From the human T2T-CHM13v2.0 reference genome, Homo sapiens: 64,000 bases of DNA. Positions within the stretch are counted from its first letter, which is position 1. Each line of letters opens with the position of its first letter. The translations under genes and the position numbers were made by a program. The stretch is taken from assembly GCF_009914755.1 (NCBI RefSeq), contig NC_060934.1; one strand, given 5' to 3'. Positions 33,310-51,144 of the stretch are shown here, piece by piece. The notes beneath the pieces are model-generated. The model was not told where the DNA came from. It saw only the letters and a list, made by a program, of their open reading frames with translations, and searched no databases.

Positions 33310-33673
33310 GGCACAACTGGATAATGATTTAAGGACACTAAACCATACGTAATTTTGAAATTTAGGGACGAATGCAGGATTCTGCAGTCAGTACACAATA
33401 CTATCAACTGAGTAAAAAGAAAAAAAAAGAATCCAATGAGGTTTCTTAAAAATACTGGAAAAAAAAAATTATCTTCACCATCAGCTGATAATGATTGCTA
33501 ATGATTGCTAATTTGTTAAGTTCTATACTAAGTAAGTTATCATTATATTGCTCCATTCTGTAGAATTCTCAGTATTTTATATATGCAGAAAACAGAAGAA
33601 CTTTCTAAGCCTTGGTCTGTTTCTCACTTAATAAATATCACAATAAATAAGGACTTCCAGTCTTCTCTCATCA

Positions 33674-33910
<237 letters not shown>

Positions 33911-34767
33911 TTATTTACTGTTTTAATTCCCTTAGATACACAAGCACAAAACTTACCCAGACGTTATTGTTTAAAGTATGCCATACTTGGTCACTCACTT
34001 CGTTATGTTTTATATTTACAATCAAAAGAAAAACCTATAAAGCTTATAAAACTCAAGAGCTTATTTTCAACAGTCTGTGGAAGAAAGTTCCAAACACATG
34101 TAAATCACCTTCTCAAAACAGAAATGAGTCATGGTCACAGTATCATCTACACAGTAATTTTCAATGAAGTGAACTCACTATTGCATGCTGATTGCACTAT
34201 CTCAGGAAACTCAAATCACAGAAATCATGGATGGGATTTAAGATTCCATATGGGGTAACGGCAAAATATAAGCTTTGTAATAGGACACACCTGGATTTAA
34301 ATCCCAGCATTACCACTCAGAAGGTACATGATTCCAGTGAATTCTCTTACCCAAATCTCAGTTATCTCATTTAGTGAGTATAATACCATCTGTCTGCCTG
34401 TCACGGCATTAAACAAAGTGTTAAAAAAAAAAAAGTGTAATATACAATGGTCTAGAAGAATGTCTGGCTGAAGAAACAGTAGCTACTATCAACCTAGTAT
34501 TTTCATGTTCTAGTAATTCCCATAAATACCAAAAGGAAACTCATGAAACTAAAAATCTGATTTCTAATATTTATTTTATTTCTTGTTTTCTGTTTCTAGC
34601 CTTTTTAGAGTTTAAACTTTGGAGCCTAGGTTTAAATTTAGCATAAGTAGTTAACAAGAAACAAAACCATTTCTTTGCTTTACTAGAAATCATAGCTTCG
34701 TTAAACTCCCTTACAAAACTATAAAGCATATTATGCTATTGGAGAGATACTCCTGACAGAAAATTAC

Positions 34768-35754
34768 CTTCTGTCCTCTGCTTTGGGCAGTCTCATGAAA
34801 TGATCTGTGATTTTAGAATCCTTTTTTCCATGTTGCTTAGAATTTCTGCATTCTACATTCAGGCTAGAAATATTTCCAGGTAGTTTAGCATTTAAATCAT
34901 TCATTCCAGTGTGACTCTCTCCTCCTTCAAATTGGAAATGTAATCTAACTTCACCGCCCTTAGTAGAGTACCGTTTCCTAAATTCAATGTCAGCGTCTCT
35001 TGCTTGGAACCTTGAAGGTTTATTTGCTGTTTGGGAGGAACTACCATCTTCTTGTTCATCAAAACCTGGACTTGTCTCCTCATCTGCTTCTGAGTCTTGA
35101 CAACTATTTTTAGAATTATCCACATCCATCGGTGATTCGGGTTCACTTTCCTTCTCAAATGGAGGAGAATTTCCTAGGCAACTTTCTTGTCTAATCAATT
35201 TGTTGTCATTTTTTGACCCAGTACCAACATCCTCAGAGCCAACATCTGACAATGGACTCTTTGGCACCACGTCTATCTCATCTTGCTGACAACTTGCACA
35301 GTCTTCCCCAGGATGGCAAGACTTGCTGCACTTCTGGTGGCTTTTGGCTTCTCTGGCGTGTTCATCTTCCGTAGTCTGCTTTGCATTTGCAAGCTTTACA
35401 GTTGTGAGAAACTGTTGATTGTCTCTATTCTCTTCACTATCTGTGTCACTGTGATCATCATTTTGAGGTGACCGATCAATGTTAGCATTACTAAACTGCT
35501 CTGGTACCAGGGTTACTGTTTGAGGTTCACTTTCCAAAAGCTGCTCCGTGTGTTTCCCTTCATTTTGCCACTTACACATTGCTGCAGTCTGATGCTGGTT
35601 CAAATACTGTGTACTTTTTTCAGTGAGTGACTTATCAAGACTTAGCTGAGAAACATTTTCTAATTTTTCTACATTATGTTGGTAAAAGTTATCTTCTTGT
35701 ACAGAACTCATCATGGATTCTATTATTGTATTGTTGTTTTCTTTACTATCCAAA
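34768..35754 (-). pseudogene. PARGP1: PARG-like exon 3 (large acidic regulatory region; DEID and MDVD caspase sites, [13 protein letters not shown]-binding motif)
   Basis: 987 bp; corresponds to the 329-aa ORF 34764..35753; ttgtag| acceptor, AG|gtaatt donor. Confidence 0.96.
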
Positions 35755-36158
35755 CTACAAGAGAACAGAAGGAACTAAAAACAACTTATAATACAAACAA
35801 GTCACTTATCCAATCAGACCTCCAGTGTCACAGCAGTAATTAAACTCCCTGTGGTCAGCTGAGCACACAGCATGTCTTCCATGACTCCATGTCTTTGTAT
35901 GTGATCCCTAATGCCCTCCCTGCAGCTGTGTGTCTGGCAAACACCCGCCTTTCCTTCAAGTCATAAATGTCACTCACCTCTCTGTGCAGTCTTCCTTTAG
36001 GGACCAAAGGTAAAGTTGAACATTTGTTTCTTCTACACACTAACCACCACTGTGCCTTGCTCATACCTTTACTATTGCATCTATCACACCAGGCAGTAAT
36101 TATGTGTTTTTGTGTCTGTGGCCACTGCTACACTGTAAGTATCTTAAAGACACAGACT

Positions 36159-36465
<307 letters not shown>

Positions 36466-36671
36466 CTATTCCTCTCTCATCTCGGTATCTCAAGTATACA
36501 GGACAGTCCCTGGCACACAGGACTCTCTAAAAAATTACTTATAAGTTGATTTTGAATTAACATAGATAAAGGAGAACAGAAAAGCATGAACAAAGAGAGA
36601 AAATATTAAAGCAACAAGATAAAACATCCATGTATTATTATTCATTTCTCTACATAGGAATGTTTCTATAC

Positions 36672-36738
36672 CTGTCTGATTCCGCTGTCTTGATTCCTTC
36701 AGTGTCCATCCAACTGGTAATAGTTTTTTGTTTGAAAA
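36672..36738 (-). pseudogene. PARGP1: PARG-like exon 2 (VFKQKTITSWMDTEGIKTAESDS)
   Basis: 67 bp, acceptor ttttatag|TT, donor CAG|gtatag; not in the ORF track, read manually. Confidence 0.93.
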
Positions 36739-36944
36739 CTATAAAAAAAATGTATATTCATACATTCCTTCCAATAGAAAACATATACAGCATATTGTAC
36801 ATGCAAGGAACTATGCTAGGTTCTACGGGTTAAACAAAAGATTAATAACTCAAGTATTTGCCCTCAAGTATATGGGTAAGACAGGAACATAAATGTTAAT
36901 ACATATGACACAGGGTAGAAAATGACTGGTGCCTAAAAGAGTTG

Positions 36945-37190
36945 GTATGGCCTAATGGATAAGAGCATAGGCTATGGAATCAGAACATCTGCATTCAAAT
37001 CCTGATTCTCCCATTAGCTTCCTATGTTACTCTGTGAGGGGTCATTTCTCTGTATCTCAGATCCCTCATTTGTAAACATGCAAAATAACTATCTCTCATG
37101 AGATAAGGCTTAATTAAGTAAAAATAGTTCATGTAACGCATTTAGGGCATTATCTGGTTTACGCTTAGTAAATGTTGATTCTTAATTATC
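36945..37190 (+). mobile_element. MIR
   Basis: aagagcataggctatggaatcaga...ttcaaatcctgattct..ctcatttgtaaa. Confidence 0.7.
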
Positions 37191-38784
37191 ATGATTATTA
37201 AAAGAGGTCCTGATAAAGGAATTAAGGTTATTTCTGAGGAAGACACTACTTCAGTGAACAGGAGAACATGGGCATAATCGGTAAGATTTCTTCGGAAAAG
37301 GTAAGGCTTGACTTATGCCTTGAAAAGTAAACATGCAGTCACATAAAGAGAAAATTATAAGCAAAGGCACCAATATCAGGGAAATATAAAGAACTTAAAA
37401 AGAAAGCAAAAGAAAATAGGGTTGAAAAGTCAGCCAGGATCATACCATACAATAGGATCTTGAATGACCCACAAAGAGAAGCACAAAAAACGTGTTGAAA
37501 GACATGATTCCTCTCATCTAGGAGGCTCACAGTCATGCATGACAGCCTGGAGGATAAATTTGAGGGGCAAGAGGGAAGAGCGTATTGCCAGAAACTAGGG
37601 AGGAAGCTACTAGTCCAGGTCAGTGGTTCCCAAACTATCTGGATCATCAGGAAGCCAGCCACACCCCAGTCCTTCTGAATCAGAATCTATATGTGAGTAG
37701 GATGAAGGCATGAGGGGAGCTGGAATCTATTTTTTTTTTTTCCAAAAGTGATTCTGATGATCCACTAGATTGAACAGTTACTTGCCAAGAACATAAACTA
37801 GTCCTTGTGAGAGTAGTAAAAGTGAGGAGAGTCATTACAGACTTCACAATAATAGGGGAAGTTAAAAGTGACTTTAAGCTTTGAGCTTGAGAGACTTGAA
37901 AAGTGATGACAGCCTTAAGTAGAAATATGGAATACAAGAGAATTGTGTTTAGGGAAGAAATACGATTAGGTCAATTCTGCCTATACTAAATTTGAGATGC
38001 CAAAGAAGTAACTAGATAGAAAACCATATCACTACTTCTGGCTTCCTAAGGTTTCCTTCCCAACACACCAGCAGACAGTAGCAAAAGTAGAATTGATAGC
38101 TCAGGAGAGGGAGATTAAATATAAATAAATACAAGCCACATTTTATATAATCATTAGAAATAAGTATGCTGTCAAAATTTAACATACTGAATAGGGATTA
38201 AATGTACATCATATTTTAGTATCAGAAATAAAATCTTAAACATTCGCAAATGTTTAAGATTTGAGATACTCACTAAATTGCAATGTAAGAATCTTAGCAT
38301 CCTAAGTCACAGGATCTTTCTTATTTACCTACCTCTCCTCAAACACCATATGGAGCAAAACAGATGCAGGCCAAATATACGAAAATCAATGGTTTATTTT
38401 TCATTGAAATAATGGCATAATCGAAATACATTTCAGATGGGGAGAATTTTATACCAGAAAAATATTCAATTGCTATATAATCTTTACCTTCCACAAAATA
38501 CTTATAATCCAGCTAGTAAAAATCTTTGATTAATGTTTCAAAAATAGTTTCTATCACAAAAAAGTAATCACGCATAGTGATTTCTTATTGTTAAACACCA
38601 TTACTTCCACGATTTTATTTAGCATTTCTGCAGCAGATCAGGCTTCAGAGAAAAAATGAGCTTCAGTCAGAGGGAGTAAGAGGATAAACCATTTGATTCT
38701 GAAATTTTTTCTACAGTTCTGTATTCTCTATTTATTTTCTTTATATCAAATACAGCAAGTATAGTTTAGAAAATCCTCAAATTG

Positions 38785-39123
<339 letters not shown>

Positions 39124-39926
39124 TTAGAAGTTAAAACATCTTTTTTCCATAAATGTAAGGATTAATGTTAAGATGCAATGACTTGGTTCCTATAACACAC
39201 ACGAAGCATGTACTCCCGTGATAAGTCTAAAGAACCTAAAGACCGCACACATCATTTCATGAAAAACCAGGAGTGTTCCAGTGATGGCAAAGAAGAAGAG
39301 AGCTCTCTCCTGTAGCCCTGACCCTGAGAATGTGTTCTCTCTCCAGTTTCAGGCTTCCTGAAGCCTGGGGAAGGGATGAAGGAGGAAAAGCAAGAGGTAA
39401 GGAACCAGTATCTTCTGCTAATAAAACATTGATCAGTCCTTCTTAGGGCCTCAGAGAAAGGACTGCTTACTGCTCTTTGCAATATCACTTCGTTAAGCCT
39501 TTATTTCCTCACCCAGAAAATGAAGCTAACAACACCTACTTCTAAGGGTTATGTGGATCAATTACAAAGCAAAAATTAGAGAAAATATTGTGTTCAGCCT
39601 CACAAAGCACTCAATATGTTATCTCTCGACATTTCCACCCAGTCTTTTTTTTTTCCACTGAGATCAATAATTCTCCAACTTTGACTTCACACCATTTACA
39701 TTTACTCTCATCAGCAACATTATTCAGTACCCAGTATATTTTAATCAGCAAGTCATTCAATTAATAGCTATAGATACAGCCAAAAGGCACAAAATGCAAT
39801 AAAATTCACCTGCATGTCAAAGGAACATTCCACTTTCACAAAAAGTCTATAGCAACACATCTGGATAAACCTGCGTCATCACAATGTGAATAACATGCTG
39901 AGTTCTGCCAATATGCAGGTTTGCAG

Positions 39927-40055
39927 ATTTTTTTTTTTCTTTTTTCAGAAGTGGGGTCTCGCTATGTTGCTCAGGCTGGACGGGAACTCCCGGGCTCAAG
40001 TGATCCTCTTGCCTTAGCCTCCCAAGTAGCTGGGACTACAGGTGCATGCCCAGCA
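39927..40055 (-). mobile_element. Alu monomer (FLAM-like)
   Basis: Poly-T plus single arm. Confidence 0.75.
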
Positions 40056-41832
40056 AAATTAGCGATTTCAGTCAATACAAGAAATATGTCCAGGAAGATA
40101 AAGAATATAAAATTTAAAGATACTGAATAAATATCCATTTCGCTACCCCGCCTACTTGTCCTAAGATAATTATATATAAAAATTTAAATACCAAGTTCCT
40201 AAAGGAATCCCAAAAATTCAAACAATGGGCTTTTGATACAAATATAGTCTTTGAACATTCTGTTAATTGGTGTCCTGTGCCAGGTATACAGAAAACATTT
40301 AAACATGCGAAATACAGCCCCAAGTATTCATTTGGTACCTCTTCTGCAGAAATCTTAATTAAGATCCAACCAGTGAGGACTGACTGCCCTCACCCCTATT
40401 TGCAACTAACTCCTCCTCCTTTACATGCAAATAAGGTTAATGAAACCACAAACTATCCAGTCACAGAAGCTGAAGTACACCTGAACATATACCTGAAGTT
40501 CACCTTCAGTTCCCTCTCCCCTATACCAAGTTCTCTGAAATCTACATCCTAAATTTTAAATCCATCCCTTCCTCATACTCTTTAAACACATCGCTTACTA
40601 GACAACTGCCATTTGTTTCTTGCAACTAGTCTCCCTGTCTACAGCCTTGACTATCCAGTGTTCTACAAACTACAAATGACCAGTCATTTTTCAATGAAAT
40701 AACACAGACAATATAAGAATGCATCACACATAGAAAGATTAAGTATTATTTCATGAAACATTTATTTCAGTTATAAATATGGCTTATTTGCCAGGTTACA
40801 TATATTTCTTACTCTGTGTACTGGATAAAATTTATGCTGTGGGTTGCAGTTAGGAAAGTCCAAAAGCCACTTTTCTAAAATATTAACCAAATGGTATTCC
40901 CACGCTTAAAAGCTTTTTAGTGGTTTCTCCATTAACCACAGAATAAGGTTGAAATTCCTTAAAATGGAATTTGAGTTTCTTCATAAGCTCCTGTCTGCCA
41001 CCCAGCCTCATCAGACACTCCTCTGTCATCTTATGCTCCAGTCTTACCAACTTTTGCATGTCTTATTCCCTCTGCGTGTATAATTCTTTCTCCTCTTGAT
41101 TTATACAGCAAATCTTCCTCATCCTTCAAGGCCTAGTGCAAGTCTACTTGGTACTGTCCCTAAGTTCGAAGACATCTAAGTGTACACTCTTCACCAGAGA
41201 ACTGCCCGAGCTCTGCCCAGCCTCTTACACTGTTAATGAATGCATCCTTTTTGAAATGCTCTCCTTTGTCTGACACAACACGAGCCAGGCTTTCCTCCCA
41301 CCTCTACAGCCGCTTCTCTTCAGTCTACTCTTAAACTTTGGTGTTCCTAAGGCTTCTGCCCTAGGTCACCTTTACTTTCTCTACATGTTTATGTTATCTA
41401 TGCCCATAGCATCCATTATAATGTTTATGCCATGAACTCCCCAATCTACTTCTCCAGCACAGAAATATTTCTTCTCAAGTATCCCATTCTTTCATGAATC
41501 CATCCCCTTCCCTATTGCCAGCATCCAGGCCTAAGCTACAATTATTTCCAACCTAGATTAACTCCTTAACTGAGTCTTGATGCTCCACTTGAGTTCCTTT
41601 TCAATCCATTCTTTATTTTCCACACACCAGCCACACAGACTTTTCAACAAATAAATAAGTCTAATCAAGTCACTCCCCTACTAAAAACCCTTGAGTAGCT
41701 TATCAATGCCCTTAGAGTTCAAAATCCTTAGCAATGTCTACATATCCAATTTGATCTGACTTTTCTGTACCACCCTGCAGCCTCATCTCTCACACTCTCT
41801 TGCGTTCACTCTATATATCAATTGCACTCCTG

Positions 41833-42154
<322 letters not shown>

Positions 42155-42821
42155 CCATTGCACTCCTGAAACACTTCTTACTTCCTCTTCATCTAACTCC
42201 TACTCATTCTACAGTCCTCAGAATAAGCATCTCATCTTCTGGAGGACTATTTTCGATTCCATAAATTCAGTTAGGTAAAACAATCTGTCTTTCATCTATC
42301 AGAACATCCATTACCTTTTATTATATTAACTTTTGCTATCGTCTATCTCTCCAGATAGATTTTAAGGTATGAAGGCAGAGGCCAAGTTTCTCTCATTCAA
42401 CACTGTATACCAGGGACGGGTACAATGCCAGCTTAGACTAATAGCTCTGCACCCTGGGACCCAGAATCTGCACAAGTGAAGTTGTTTTCTTCCTATCTAG
42501 AGGCTGAAGCGCCCTACTGTTTTACATACACAATTAGATCTCCTTGACGACTAAGGCAATTTCTCAATCAAACCTGAAGAAGCAAACAGGTGGTGGAGTC
42601 TCCTGCCATTTTCCGCCCTGTGAGTGACTGCTCATCAGAGTTTCTCACATCAATCGCACTGGGAAAAATGCGGCCCCATTCACCCACTAGTGGCTTTGGT
42701 AGCTCAGCAAGTGGACCTCAGAGTGATGATGCACACAAGACCAGAAAGGAGTGACTGGAGTCCCTGAGACCAGAAGGTTCGGGCCGAGGCGAAGGACAAA
42801 GATTTTTATTTTCCCACGTAC

Positions 42822-43038
42822 CAAGCGAGGTGGCGCTGCCTCTGTGCTGTCCCGCCTGCCCTGGGACGCAGGCTGGCGAGGACGGTGGGACCCTGAACTG
42901 CACGTGAGCGTCCTTGGGGTCGAGGACGCGCCTCTGCCTGCTCGGAAAGCTCCGGGCGTCCGAAGCAGCCGGCGAAGTTGTAGCGGCGCCCCAGCGGGGT
43001 CGCTTGGTGCAGGGTTCACAGCCGGGGCCCGCATTCAT
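42822..43038 (-). pseudogene. PARGP1: PARG-like coding exon 1 ([16 protein letters not shown]...GSATSL), NLS retained
   Basis: ATG at 43038; 217 bp; donor CTTG|gtacgt. Confidence 0.95.
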
Positions 43039-43508
43039 GCTGGGACCAGCAGCGCACTGTCCCCGGGCCGGCCCCGGGCGGAGAGCCTCATTTCACTAAC
43101 CTGAGAGAGATGGACTGCGCGTCCTTCTCAGCGCCTGCCTGCACCATTCCCTCTCTGCCGCTGCCTGCTTCTGCAATTGCTGATCCGCCGGCCTCCCAAG
43201 TCAGGCCGTAAACACTCGCCTGCTTTCTCTCTTCCACTGGCACCCCACCTGCCTCAATGCGCCGCTTTGATTCGGGATTCGTTCACTTTCCCACCACCGG
43301 AAAGCTGCCGTCAGGCGCTTCCAGCTTCCGGGGCGCACATTGCCGCAAAGCGGAAGTGTGGCGCTTAACGGGAACCGGCGCCCGGAAGGTCAGCGTGTGA
43401 AGTAGGCGCTGGCAACGCGGGGTTACCCGCTGTTATTGAGGAGTAACGGCCCAGCGGACCACCCAGGCTTGAGGCAGCGGCGGGAACCACTCGGTTTGCT
43501 GCGATACC
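43039..43508. promoter_or_regulatory. Bidirectional promoter plus both 5' UTRs, shared by PARG-like gene and TIMM23; clustered ETS/GABP-type CGGAA motifs
   Basis: 470 bp between divergent ATGs. ACCGGAAAG 43296, GCTTCCGG 43324, GCGGAAGTG 43350, CCGGAAGG 43382. No obvious TATA box. Confidence 0.9.
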
Positions 43509-43614
43509 ATGGAAGGAGGCGGGGGAAGCGGCAACAAAACCACAGGGGGATTGGCCGGCTTTTTCGGAGCCGGCGGAGCAGGTTACTCGCACGCGGATTT
43601 GGCTGGCGTCCCGC
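43509..43614 (+). CDS. TIMM23: TIMM23 exon 1 CDS (MEGGGGSGNKTTGGLAGFFGAGGAGYSHADLAGVP), mitochondrial inner membrane translocase subunit Tim23
   Basis: Kozak ACCATGG; 106 bp; donor C|gtaagt. Confidence 0.93.
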
Positions 43615-44514
43615 GTAAGTATGGGGCCTAGCTTGCGATTATTTCTGACTGGTTCTTGCGTCTACACTAAGTTGCGCGTCCCATGTTTTATGTTGTTGTT
43701 TTTTTTTTCCTTGCTGGCATTTACAAGCTTAAGTACCAGTGGTGGGGTTAGTGTATCTGCATGGCTGCTCTTTCAAGATAGAAAGGCCTAAAAAAGGGCC
43801 ACGGATCTCCTGGGGAAGCTGTCCGTGATTGACCTGGACTCGCGAGATGATGCATGTTTTCTTAGGTTTATATCCAAGCCTCCTACGTTTTGTGTGTGGT
43901 GGGCCGTGTGATTGACCCTTGATTAAGAGTAGAGCCGAGCTTTGGGAGTAAATGTATTCCAAATAGCAAGCCCGTAGTTAACTTTTTAGTACACAGCGAC
44001 ATATTCTGAGCCTCCAAGTAGCCGTCAGGGCAGAATATTCAGTAATATTGTTTGTAAGTGAGAAATAAATATGACTTGGGACAGGCTAGGAAACCTTCTT
44101 TAGGAGCTAGGAAGTAAGCTGAACTTTAAAGGTGATATATAGACATGAAGAAAGAAGCCAGGTAAGAATTATAGAAACGGAAATAGGCAACATCAAGGTA
44201 TACAGAGGCATAAATATCTTGCCTTTGCCTCTCCTCGGTCTTGTGAAAATGTTTTCCAGAACTTTGGTACTTTGTAACTGTGGTTGTTCAACTAGATAAA
44301 TACAACTTGGACCTAAAGATAGGCAGTTGGTCGTGGATAAAGCCTTTACGAAAGTACTTTCTTTTTAGAGAATCCTTGTAATATTTCTCTAGGTATTTTA
44401 TACTAAGGAACAACAACAACGAAATATGTTCAGACTGTAGTGCAAAAAAATATAAAAGACCTTTCATTTCCCTGGTGTCACCTTTGTCAAAAAACTGAAT
44501 CTACAACACATGGT

Positions 44515-44830
44515 GTTTTGTTTCGTTTTTTTGTTTGTTTGTTTTTAGAGTCAGGACCTCGTTCTGTCACCCATATTGGGGTGCGGTGGCATGATTATAG
44601 TTCACTGAAGCCTCGCACTCCTGAGCTCAAACAATCCTCCCCTCTAAGCCTCCTAAGTAGCTGGGACTCTAGGTACGTACCACCACGCCTGGCTAATTTT
44701 TTTTTTTTTTTGACTTATTGTGGAGATGGGGTCTCCCTGTGTTGTCCAAGCTGGTCTCAAACTCTCGAACTCAGGCCATCCTCCTGTCTCGGCCTCCCAA
44801 AATGCTGGGATTCCTAGGCCTGAGCTACTA
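44515..44830 (-). mobile_element. AluJ
   Basis: Diverged reverse Alu. Confidence 0.85.
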
Positions 44831-44974
44831 CTTTACCTGTTTAGAACACAGTTTCATATTAATCTTAGTATCTCTGAGTTTCAGAGCACAAAGGGCATAT
44901 ACACTTCCTTAATGTGACAATATTGTTAAATTAATTTGATTAAGATTTGAAGGTAAATTGGGGGACCAGGGAAT

Positions 44975-45770
44975 GAACACCATTTACTGAGCTTTTACAG
45001 TGTGCTAGCTACTTTTCTGGGGGCAGGACTATAGTGGTTTTTGTGGGGTTTTTTTTTTGTTTTTTTTTGAAAAGAGGACTCTTGCGCTCACAGAGCTTAC
45101 ATAATACTGAGGTAAACCAACAAACATAAATTAAAACATTGCCGTTAGTGATAAGTGCTGTAAAGGGAATAAAGCAGAGTCTTGAGATTGTGATGGAAGC
45201 AGGATGCCATTTTAGAGCCGGTTAGGGAAAACATCTCAAGGGAGTTGACATTTGAGCTGTGACCCAAATACAGTACAAATGCTTGGGAGGCAAGTATCCA
45301 GGAAAATAGCTAGTGCAAATGTCCTGAAACAAAACAAATTTGGCAGGTTTAAGGAACAGCTCTTAGGCCAGTCTGTCTTCGTAGTTACAAGGGAGTTGGA
45401 TCAATTGAAGTTTGTGAAATCAGAGAGGTAGGGAATGACAGCTAATGTAGGATTTTGTAAGTTATGGTAAGGAGTTTCGATTTTCTTAAGACAAATCACT
45501 GTAGTTGCTATGTAGACAGTGAATTGAAGGGGTAAGAGAAAGCAAGGAGTTAGGAAATTGTTGCTGTGAGATATGATGGTTGGACTAGGATGGTAGCAAT
45601 AGAGAAGATAAGTAACACAATTCAAAATAGATATTAAAAATAGAACAAGCAGGACTCCTAATTGATGAAAAGATAGAGGCATGGGTGATGCATAGGTTTG
45701 TAAATAACTGCTGAGATACAGAAGGATCCAAAGATGATAGGTTTTACTGTTTTCAATGTTAGTGAATTCA
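44975..45770 (-). mobile_element. L2 LINE remnant
   Basis: catttactgagc..tgtgctag, gacatttgagctg, gtgcaaatgtcctga motifs. Confidence 0.65.
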
Positions 45771-46340
45771 GGTCTGGCCCTCTCAAAGTTTGTGTTTTCT
45801 TTTGCACAGACCCACATACCTGTGGTAATGACCCAAGGATTCTCAACCTTGCCACAGTAAATCAATCGTTAATAGTAATATGTGAAGGAACTGCCTTGAA
45901 ATAGTTAGATACAACATGTACACAGTCAGAAAACCCAACCCAACCACTGTTTTTCCCATGGAATTGATTAGTCTTTTTTCAGTCTTATTTTGTAATTTAC
46001 ATAGTCACCAAGCATTCTTGGAGTAAAGTGAAAGAAATTAGCTTTGTAAATGGCCTGGACTACACTTCCTGTAAGTTCAAAAATCAGATCTATGACACTG
46101 CAATTATCTTATTGGTGTAAAAGCCTGAGCCACCAGTGGAAGACCTGGTTTGGGATTGAGGGTCTCAGGGTGAGTCAGCCCCCAAACTGACAGATAGGGA
46201 GGATAAAATGGGAAAAAATTTTCCGCCTTCAGTGAGCCTATAAAAATTGCAAACACATGTAACAATCAGGAGCTGGATTAACTCTAACTGGATTAACTTA
46301 AAGAATTTTGTTGCAATGTGACATTTTGTTTTCTCTCTAG

Positions 46341-46399
46341 TAACTGGTATGAACCCTCTGTCTCCTTATTTAAATGTGGATCCACGATACCTCGTGCAG
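46341..46399 (+). CDS. TIMM23: TIMM23 exon 2 (LTGMNPLSPYLNVDPRYLVQ)
   Basis: 59 bp, ctctag| and CAG|gtaaga, in frame. Confidence 0.93.
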
Positions 46400-46660
46400 G
46401 TAAGATTAAGATTTTACTAGTTTGGTGCATTATTTTACCATTTTAAAAAAAACGCCAAGTGCTATGCTGACTTGAACTATGACATACACTTTTGGAGGCA
46501 GTAAGTCTCTGGTCTCCATTCACCCTTTTTTCCTCACAAACACCAGGAGCTTGGCCTGCATCTCTCTGAAACCAGTTAACTCCCTTCAAAAGCTTATTTT
46601 TTAAAACCAGAGCAGAATTAATTTTTGAAAGCACCCCAATAAAAGTATTGGGATGCCTAG

Positions 46661-46971
<311 letters not shown>

Positions 46972-47059
46972 TAAGCATCAAAAGTTTCAAAGAGTATCTT
47001 TTTGAATCCAAGATATATTAGGAAATATATCTTGGGTATATTAGAAAAGCAAGGTTGAT

Positions 47060-50185
<3,126 letters not shown>

Positions 50186-50194
50186 TTTTCTCTC

Positions 50195-50491
50195 TCTCTT
50201 TTTTTTCTAAGAGACAAAGTCTCCCAGACTGGAGTTGCAGTAGCAGCATCATAGCTCACTGTAACCTCAAACTCCTAGGCTCAAGCGGTCCTTCTGCCTC
50301 ATCCTCCCAGATAGCTAGGGCTGCAGATGAACACCACCATGCCTGGCTAATTCTTTTTTTTTTTACATTCTTTGTAGAGATGTGATCTGACTTGGTTGCC
50401 CAGGCTGGTCTCTTAACTCCTGGCCTCAAGTGGTCCTTCTGCCTTGGCCTCCCAAAGTGCTGGAATTACAGGCATGAGCCACCATGCCTGG

Positions 50492-50492
<1 letters not shown>
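50195..50492 (-). mobile_element. AluJ
   Basis: Reverse Alu. Confidence 0.85.
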
Positions 50493-50522
<30 letters not shown>

Positions 50523-51144
50523 GCATTATGGTTGGAACCTTTTATTTCACAGTTGAATCACTAACGGCATCTGACAGCTGCTGCATTTCTTGTTTGCGTT
50601 AAGTGTTCAAATTGAAGCAAGTTGATGGTTCGGACCTTGCCAATTTAAAGCTTCATTATTTTTGAAATGTTTTTCAAATGTTATATTTTAACATTGGGTG
50701 TTCATTGATTTTTTTACTTTAAAAGTACTCCTTTGTCAGTTTACTCAAAATTTCAAAACTAGCTGCATGTATTTTGCTTTAATGTTGAATCTACACTTAG
50801 AGGTTGTACTCTAGATCTAGTTAAAATTCAATATCATTGTGGCCCTGCATTGCTAGGTGGGGCTTATTAAGGTTAGACATAAAATATTTCATATCCCCCC
50901 AAAAACTTGTGAATTCATTCTTCATCATGAACATTTAATCTTCCATTGGAATTCTAGAGGGACTTCAGACTTTAAAAAGTGTTTTATAAACCTCATCTGT
51001 TATTGGAAATAATTCTGGAGACCTTAAATTTAAAGATAATAGAAATTACATTTTGTAAAACTTTTATTTATACTTTTGAAGGTTAGAGACATCTTAAAGA
51101 AAATAGTACCTGTCAACTCACCATGTCGTGACTTTGGCAACAAC

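Larger units (their letters stand above)
42770..43700. promoter_or_regulatory. CpG island
   Basis: High GC and dense CpG against an AT-rich, CpG-depleted background. Confidence 0.9.

Noticed and set aside
42687-43618. Overlapping 60-117-aa ORFs around the promoter
   Set aside because: Alternative or antisense frames of the two first exons in stop-poor CpG-island DNA.
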